20,000 bases of DNA. Source: Catajapyx aquilonaris. Lineage: Eukaryota. Within the stretch, counting starts at the first letter, position 1; each line of letters begins with the position of its first letter. The position numbers and the translations under genes are program-made. The notes beneath the pieces were generated by a model, which was not told where the DNA came from, ran no database searches, and worked only from the letters and a program-made list of their open reading frames with translations. Positions 12,667-20,000 of the stretch are shown in pieces. The stretch spans positions 47,811 to 67,810 of the forward strand of contig KZ538471.1 in NCBI GenBank assembly GCA_000934665.2, given 5' to 3'.

Positions 12667-12826
12667 CAGTAAAACTTCTATAAGTCGAATCTCGAAAGGA
12701 AAAAAATCTTTGAGTTAGGGAAGTTGATTTCCTATTCTTTTACATTGTGACCAACCAAGGTCATCATTTTCTTCTACTTATAGAGAACTTCGACTTAGGG
12801 AAGTTCGACTTATAGAAGTTTCACTG
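12667..12826. mobile_element. MITE, pogo/Tigger-like non-autonomous DNA transposon (160 bp)
   Basis: The ends read TA|CAGTAAAACTTCTATAAGTCGAA and TTCGACTTATAGAAGTTTCACTG|TA, a 23-bp TIR with 1 mismatch. TA flanks are at 12665-12666 and 12827-12828. Tandem subterminal copies of the TIR core (TTCTACTTATAGAGAA, TTCGACTTAGGGAAG, TTCGACTTATAGAAG) lie at ~12772-12818. CAGT ends with a TA duplication match pogo/Tigger (established knowledge). Confidence 0.9.
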
Positions 12827-14107
12827 TATTTGAAACATGGATTGACAGCCCTTTAAGTTTGATATTTTTGCAACAAAAATGTATCCCTGATAAACTGTGT
12901 GCTTAGACCTGGAAGTATTGGTTCGGAATAACTATATTAAGAATGGGGATGTTCTAGAAAGGTGCCCGTGCGCATTGTAACATCGTAATCTTATCGATCT
13001 TACGGTGTGAATTATATCGACATTTATGGCAAGTACCAATGTACAGTGTTGATTTTTATTTGTGCCACTAGTATGTCCACCACCTATCATGTTTAATTTT
13101 GATGTTAAGTTGCTCGTTAATAAGCAGTTATTGAAATGGTTATAATATTGCAAAAAGTATTTAAAGAGATTCCTCCATGTCTCCTAATATTCGTACCACA
13201 GTAATATCGTTGGTTGCAATGCTTGTAGAACCAACTAAGAAAAATCAGCAAAGTAAACTAAGCTGACTGCCAAAATTTTGATAACCCAAATGGGCAAACC
13301 CTTATACCCACTGATACACCCAGTGTCACGCAAACCTGTGTGGCGATTTGGACTTGTGTGTACACTGTTCAAATTGCCGGGTACGACCCTGACCAGTTGT
13401 TTGGCAATACATCCTGGAGCTGCTATTTTCCCTTCCGCAATCCCACCATAACTTGTTTACTTAGACGCAATTCCAGGCGCTCGGATGGGCATTTAGAAGC
13501 GTGTATATACGAAAGGCAAATGGCATGCCCAGGAGCTATTTGTCGATCACTGGTGACATGCCCCTCGAATTGTGCTGCAACTCTCTCTGGTTGCCGGGGG
13601 AACGGAATCGTTTTATCTTTGGGCCTCGCAGCGTGTTGTTTCAAATGTGGAGCAGATTGTAAAGGCATGGAAATAATTAGGGTATTTGCGAGCCTCATCA
13701 GCGGGTTTTTTTTGGGCGACAACGTCGATTACGACGGGGGAATTATTCGGACCAAAATATTCCGGTGTATCTATTATGGCGGTTTTTTTTAGTCGATGGA
13801 ATATTAGGTGTGTTGAAAGGCAAATACGTGCTCAATTGTAATCACAACTGTTACAGAGAAAAAAACCTGGTATGTCAATTACGTCCCATGGTGAACTTGG
13901 CGTTAAAATAAAAGGGATCCAATTATTTTCTTTCTAGTCGACCTAAATCGGCCAAAATGGTTACTTCGCAAGGGGATTACAGGCTTACAGGCGGTTTGGC
14001 TTCACATCGAATGTTTGGGAAGCAATGGAATTAGTCGCAGTTATTTTACACGCGTGACGCTACGGCCTCCAACTTGATGCAGGTAAAATAGGCATGAGGA
14101 GGTTGCA

Positions 14108-14135
14108 GGGTGGGGTGAGCGAGGGGGGGTGGGGG
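14108..14135 (+). other. Canonical G-quadruplex-forming motif
   Basis: GGG-T-GGGG-TGAGCGA-GGGGGGG-T-GGGGG fits G3+N1-7 x4. This is sequence potential only. Confidence 0.6.
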
Positions 14136-15037
14136 ACGTCCTTTTTCCGCACCCTGCTATGTGTATATGTGTGTGAGAGAGAAGCTGAAGGACACCCAAC
14201 TCTGTCGTTGGGTGCGCACACCCAGCAACACACACGCTTACGTAACCTCAAAAAGTCCTCTGCACTCCAGAAGGGAAACAAGTCTGGGGTTGCCAAGTCA
14301 GCGGCCATTTTTGCATGGCGATTAAAGGGCTGGGTTAACTAGTCGTTCGCGTGCCGACTTCCCCCCCCCCCCTCCCCCCACCTTTTCCTAATATAAAACC
14401 CAAAAATCGATCTATGGGTCGTGAAAGGGCATGGACACAAAAATGGACTTATGTATCCTTGCAGAGTATGAAGTAGGCTAATGCCGTGCGTGTGTACATA
14501 GGTATGGGAAAAAAAAATTTAAACCGCTTTCGTGCGTGGATCCCAACCTTGTGTGTACGAAGCAACAATGCATTGATTAGGGACAAGGTACGGCATATAT
14601 CCGAAATTTCGCACAACTAGTCAAGGGCGGAAAGATTGACCGTGGCCAGCAAAGGGTCATGGTTGTACTTGCTAAATGTTGTGCACGCACTTTTGTGCGT
14701 ATGACAGTGTCGGGAGAGGGGCTGGTTGGAGGGGGCTGTGTGGGGGGTGTTGAGTCGCGAAGTAGGTCACCCTGGCGGCGGCGAGCGAAGTGGAGAGTGG
14801 AGGCCAGGCTGGCTTCAGAGTCGAGCGGAATAGGCAGGGACTGGAGCTGGTCCGTATATCCCCCAGAAATCGCGAGTGTGTGAGTGTAAGTGACAAGTGT
14901 AGAGATGTTGGACACCGGCTGACAGGTAACACACTTTTTTTATTATTATTTTGTGTTAAAATGTATACCCATGGGACATCCCGCGCGTGTCCCACCCTTT
15001 CATAGTTGCTGAACTTGCGCACTGGCGCCGGCGCCCC

Positions 15038-15172
15038 NNNNNNNNNNNNNNNNNNNNNNNNNNNNNNNNNNNNNNNNNNNNNNNNNNNNNNNNNNNNNNN
15101 NNNNNNNNNNNNNNNNNNNNNNNNNNNNNNNNNNNNNNNNNNNNNNNNNNNNNNNNNNNNNNNNNNNNNNNN
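15038..15172. other. Assembly gap (135 N)
   Basis: A run of N flanked by CCCC on the left and CCC on the right. Confidence 1.
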
Positions 15173-18100
15173 CCCATACATATACAACCCCCTCCCAGTA
15201 CTCCAGCCCTCATCCCATTTGGGACACACTGACCTTACTCTGGTGACCAAGTGTAGAGTCCTTCCCTCAATTCAACCCCATCTTTCCCGCCGCCTAGTGA
15301 CTACAAGGTGGTTCGTGTTTTTTGGTAGTGCAGTTAGTGGACTGGTGGTTTTTTTTCGGATTAAAGTGACCTGCGAGCGTCAAGGTCACTTTTTTGGGTG
15401 AGTACATGGGTAGCATTGATCGTTTTTTTGGGAGGGGGGCGAGTTAAATATTTAAGAGGGTCTATTTTTGGGTGCGTCCAAGGTGCGTGCAATTAGCGAT
15501 TTTTTTTTGTGTGGTTGACGAATTTTTTGGGCGGTATTTTTAGAGCGGGGCATATTTTTAGAGTTGTCATCGCCGGCTTCTTTTCATACTTTTCAGCACG
15601 TAAGAGCCTTATTTGAAAATAGTTTTCCGCCAGCATCGTATCAATGTTATGGTCGCAAAAATGTCACTCACATCCCTCCCCACCCACCCCTTTTTCGCTT
15701 GCAACCCCCCTCCCTACCCCCCTTACCCCCGACCCTAATTTTAGCCCGCACCTTCAGTATTCTTATTTTGTAAGGTACGTTCCAAAAATAGATTTCGTCC
15801 CTTTGAAGACATAAGCTAAGTGAAGAGAGAAGATTCAAAAGTTGGGGATATAATGCGTTCCACGTGTCTGGCAAGTGTGTGTCACCAGATATTTGTAATA
15901 GGGCCAAAATAATAGCTCGTGGGTGGAATTTTTTGGGGAGAAAATTTTGGCTATCGATAATAATCATTGCCGGATGGAGACGCCAAAATAAGTAGTGCAA
16001 AATTGTGTGCAGCTTTCCGGTTCAGGGGAGGTTATAATAATGGGCTACTATGCCACCGAGTCTTGAGCCAAAAACGCGTTGCAGGCTGCGGTCTGGGCAG
16101 AAAATAAAAGTTTGGTCCCCCCCCCCTCCCCCCTCCCACTTTTTTCATTCTCTTTTTGTGGGAGTGCGGTTGTTTTGAGAGTGAAGTTTGGTACTTCAAC
16201 TGCAGCAGAAAAAGTGAGAGTAATTTATTTCAGTTACATATATTGCTGAATAAATTCTTGTTAATTATACCTAAATTTGCAATGGCCGTGCAGAAACAAT
16301 TAAAATGTTTTTTATTTTTTCAAGCGTCGATTTGACTGAGCTTTTTTTGTAAAGAGCACAATGCAAATGGTTGGCGTATGGCGATACAGGATTGTTCGCG
16401 ACGAATTGAGCCATTCAAATGAGAGGAAGTGGAAGTGACTTTTTAACAATTTTTTATGGGACTTATCACATGCGTAGGAGCACATGGAGAGTAGAAACCC
16501 ATGGCTTGTGGATGCAGGAGCACGTTTTTAAAATGGCATAGGCTTGGTCCGGAAAAACGAGCCTGGAACAAGCTATAACTCTCCCTTTGTCCTACTTGCT
16601 GAAAAAGAGAAGACAATAATGGCGGGCTTGGATGGTGCGGGGGGGACTTTTGAAAAAATAATACATATCGTTGCGATAAGCGTTTGGGGGGAGCCTTCAA
16701 GTGGGTCAGAAAGGAGTGGATGGCATGTTCTGCTACGGACTTTATTCAAATGAGACGAGTCAGGTTTTGTGTGTGATGGAGGGGGAGAGGCAGAGTGTCG
16801 CAGGTTGTATTGTGTGCTTGGAGAGGTGAACAGCCCCTATAATACCTTGGGTGTTCTGCTGGCTCTGCTGCCACACTTACGCACATGTGGATGGGACGGA
16901 TGTAATTTAGTGTTGCTTTTGTACCATGCAGAACCAGGGGAGAGTAGATACGTGCTAAATTGCGACTACACTCCAAAACTTACTCAGCACAATTTATGGT
17001 ACTGGACCTTTGGGTCGTTACGTACTTTTAAGTGAAGTGCAATGTTTGTGTAAGTATGTGTATATAGTGGAAGAACAAAGTTGTATTGTGCTACTGCGGG
17101 AGGCATGTTATCATGGTGATTAATAATGTGCATGATTTTTAGTGCACATCCGGCGATTCAGTGTGTTGACGCATACCAGCACTTCTTATCAACATTATTT
17201 CAACAGATTGTCACGACATAGCACTGAATAAGGGGGAAAATATGCTGCAGTGACAGAAGGAGCACATGGGTGTATTCATTGAGAGACGACCCTCCATTTT
17301 CGTTTTAATGATTTCGAAAGGGGAAATAGGGTGGCTCTTATTTTCGGTGTTGTCGCCCGAGTACGTTTCGTGCTTCGCGCTTTATTTCTGGTTGCTAGGA
17401 TTTTATCGCCGTCGCTCTTCACCCACAGGGTTGGGTGGGTATAGCGTCGGGTTTGTGTAGCGAGACGTTGTGGGGGGTAACAAGTTCAGTGCACTTAATT
17501 TTCCAAGGGGTGTCCTCATATTCGCAGCCCCGACAGTGCACGTATGTGTGTCTGCACGTGCTCGGATTGGCCACTCTTTCCCCAGACATCCAAAAATATT
17601 GCGGTCTATTCCGAGCGGCGCCGATTCGTCTGGGAAGCTCTTTGGGGTCCTAAAGGAGTGGACATGCCCATCCCCATCATGAATAAGAAGAGAGGATGGG
17701 TGATGCAACGGGGACGCAAATAAAGGCGGATTATCCTAGTAACCACAGTTACGCGCAGGTGGATGACTTAGGAATTGAATTAATTTCGGCCCGAAAGGAA
17801 AAGGTCAGAGTTCAGTTCTTTCTTGAGAGCGCCTCGAAGGTCAACTGCCTTCATTAGTTGGTAGTGGGCATGCGTGACCTGGGATTTCATGATTTGTAAA
17901 CCGCAACATTTTTGGTGGTGGCCGGTTGGAGGGGATGGGGTGGGGAGGTACTTGGGGCTGGATTGCGCAGCACATTTATTGATTGACATGTGATGCACGG
18001 GACACTAACCCCCCAAGTCGAGGCTCGCTAAAATATGGAAACCGCGTGGAATATTCTGTTTGATAGAATATGCCATTTTTGTCGCTAGTTGAAGCTCAGG

Positions 18101-18682
18101 TATTGACCCTGCCTGCCGATCTGGTTTGATTAATGGAGAGGAGGCGAGAAAAGTGACGTCTAGTCCCGAAGATGGAGAGGTTGGGTTTTAGAGGGTGGGG
18201 GTGGCAGATGAGAGGGCTGGGAGAGGCAATTTTCTCTCCAAAACGGTCCTCCAAAGGGTTCGGATTAGTGCCGCATGTCGGGACGAAATTGAGCCGAAAG
18301 GCAATGCAGGGGGAAGGACGCTTCGAGTACGGGATATCACGATTTTATGACGGGTCAAGCAATTCCACGGACGAACTTGGCAGTGAATGGTAGGGAGGCT
18401 GTTAAAAAGTGAATTTTAAAAGAGTGAAAAAATTGGGTGTGTGAGAGATGAGTGTAAACCGGTCTAAGGGGAAGAGCAGGCCTACTTATAAGAAACACAC
18501 ACGATCGTTCCCGTAGCCTCGTTCCTACCGCTCGAAAGGAAAAACTGGATTGCTTTCCTTTTTCAATCGACCGATTTCACCGGCTGGACAATTTTTGCTG
18601 AATTATAAAGTTTAGGTTCGATTTTAGGCTCACTGAAACTGCCAGGGTATGCACTGTATACGTTCGGCCAAATACCTCTCGT

Positions 18683-18939
18683 TGACGTCATTGGCTTCGC
18701 AAACCAATGGAAAGCACGTGGTTGAAGGTCTAGCTGGCGATAGGCTCAAGGCCGACCGTTTATTTATTATATTATATTTTATTGCTCTGGACCAATGGGC
18801 GGATCGGAAGGTTCAAGGCCATTTTAAGCCAATGGCTAATGCAGGCGATAAGGTTCAAGGCCGGCTCTCAGCCAATTAAACAGCAGTGGTGTGTAAATGC
18901 GGATTCCGCCGGTTCACACGCATTTACCTGACTATAAAA
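18683..18939 (+). promoter_or_regulatory. Putative promoter/enhancer module: CRE, 5 CCAAT boxes, E-box, GC box, 3 NR5A-type sites, GATA, TATA
   Basis: TGACGTCA 18683-18690; ATTGG 18690-18694; CCAAT at 18704, 18792, 18829 and 18872; CACGTG 18715-18720; TCAAGGCCR at 18746, 18813 and 18855; GGGCGG 18797-18802; GATAA 18847-18851; TATAAAA 18933-18939. The motifs are seen directly and the function is inferred. Confidence 0.45.
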
Positions 18940-19601
18940 CCGTGCTCTAAGGAGCAAAAATAGCTGTCGCTATTGGGGGTGGTGGCGTTTAAAAGAGGGC
19001 GCCTTGCTAGCTTCCTTCCTCTTGCAGAAGGTCAGCAGTTGAATGGGAAGCGTGAATGGCAAACGCGGAGGATGCTTTCAGAAGGGGAACTGCTCACCAA
19101 GGCTACACCCATTACTTGTCCAAGTCCCTATAGGCTTGACTAGATTATAAACTAAGAGGAAGGGGGAGGGGGAGGGGGGGATTGCTTGCTTCTTTTTAAT
19201 ACGAGCGTGCGCCAGTGCGTATGTTGAGATCATCCTCTGTTTGTGTGCGAGTTTTATATACACAAACAGGAGATTCAACCCCACCCTTCCTGGAATATTG
19301 GACCTGGTTTCCAGAAGGAGAGAGGTAATTATTTGTCTCCTGCCAACAATTTTCAAGGCAATCGCCTCTGTCACGGGGGCTTTCAGGGTGGTGCTCGCAA
19401 TTTGTCAATAAAGGAAGTGACATGTGCACGATGCGTTGTGTTTACGAGCCATTATGAGGGGAAAATGACAAGAATACCTTGCTCATAGAAGAGATTTCTC
19501 CTGGAGCTACACCTGTCCAAGTGAACTAATGACTCTTGCACGTCAAGTCAGCTAATTAATCGCTCAATATTGAGTATACCGAGCCACTACTTTGAATTTG
19601 A

Positions 19602-19940
19602 TTTTTTTTGTTTTTTTTTTGCATTACCCCGTATCTATTGCGCATATATGGGGGATGGATTACCACCATCGGAATTATTTTTTGGAGCGTGTTAAGAAGG
19701 ATCTTATTATTATGCTCCAAGGTTGTTAGGAGGGGATGTGCAAAGTGCGTGTGCGCTGTCGAGTAGTGGTCATTTTGTGAACTCCCCCGGGTGGCTTAGT
19801 CCATCGGAAATTGCCACCCGAAACGAAGCCAGAGATGGCCCAACTCTGCACGAAAGAAGGTGGGAACCCCGGGTGGGGATTGAACCCGGGACCTTCACTT
19901 CCGTGGGCGCGCGCGTTACCGCGGCGCCACTCCGTCTCCC
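19602..19940 (-). mobile_element. Full-length tRNA-derived SINE (339 bp) with poly(A) tail and 12-bp target-site duplication
   Basis: The exact direct repeat CTTTGAATTTGA lies at 19590-19601 and 19941-19952. T8-G-T10 at 19602-19620 is a poly(A) tail on the minus strand. The minus-strand 5' end carries an A box TGGCGCCGCGG (19929-19919) and a B box GGTTCAATCCC (19886-19876). Confidence 0.92.
19861..19940 (-). pseudogene. tRNA-Arg(ACG)-like head of the SINE (not a functional tRNA)
   Basis: The minus strand AGTGGCGCCGCGGTAACGCG-CGCGC-CC-ACG-GA-AGTGA-AGGTC-CCGGG-TTCAATC-CCCAC aligns nearly in register with metazoan tRNA-Arg(ACG) as recalled (AGTGGCGCAATGGATAACGCG-TCTGA-CT-ACG-GA-TCAGA-AGATT-CCAGG-TTCGACT-CCTGG). 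The anticodon, T and acceptor stems are broken. Confidence 0.7.
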
Positions 19941-20000
19941 CTTTGAATTTGAAATGTTAGCTGAAATGATTTTAATTTTGATTTAAATATTGAGGCGTCC

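Noticed and set aside
13340..13792. Longest gap-free ORF (150 aa, Cys-rich)
   Set aside because: It starts at GTG in a eukaryotic context, has no recognisable domain or regular Cys spacing, and has no clear splice signals. One ORF of this length is plausible by chance in 20 kb.
14672..15401. ORFs spanning the N run (192, 131, 85 and 81 aa)
   Set aside because: Their length is an artefact of translating through the gap.
19861..19940. Functional tRNA-Arg gene
   Set aside because: The stems are disrupted, no oligo-T terminator follows, and it sits inside a TSD-flanked, poly(A)-tailed element.
19723..19986. 87-aa ORF
   Set aside because: It is antisense to the GC-rich SINE head and body, so it is most likely a by-product of composition.
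1..20000. CRISPR arrays, operons, rRNA/snRNA genes and conserved bilaterian miRNAs
   Set aside because: There is no repeat-spacer array or gene-dense organisation. I saw no match by eye to the conserved miRNA or structural RNA sequences I recall. An Rfam/miRBase search would be needed to exclude them formally.

Overview
This is eukaryotic, essentially non-coding DNA of about 40-45% GC (estimated by eye) with no obvious CpG depletion. It most resembles an invertebrate animal genome, which is an inference. None of the six-frame ORFs resembles a protein family I recognise. Well-supported features: (1) a 377-bp TA-flanked fold-back MITE with Tc1/mariner-type ends (423-799); (2) a 160-bp TA-flanked pogo/Tigger-like MITE with subterminal repeats (12667-12826); (3) a full-length minus-strand tRNA-Arg(ACG)-derived SINE with a poly(A) tail and an exact 12-bp target-site duplication (19602-19940); (4) a 135-N assembly gap (15038-15172); (5) a perfect 30-bp palindrome (7462-7491). 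More tentative features: a 76-nt plus-strand exon candidate (12441-12516), a dense CCAAT/NR5A/CRE/E-box/TATA module (18683-18939), and a window-wide excess of AGGTCA half-sites and CACGTG E-boxes. A G>C, T>A skew on the + strand suggests a long intron of a + strand gene. I see no convincing evidence of a new multi-gene system. The best leads are the possibly uncatalogued SINE and MITE families, the candidate exon and the regulatory modules.
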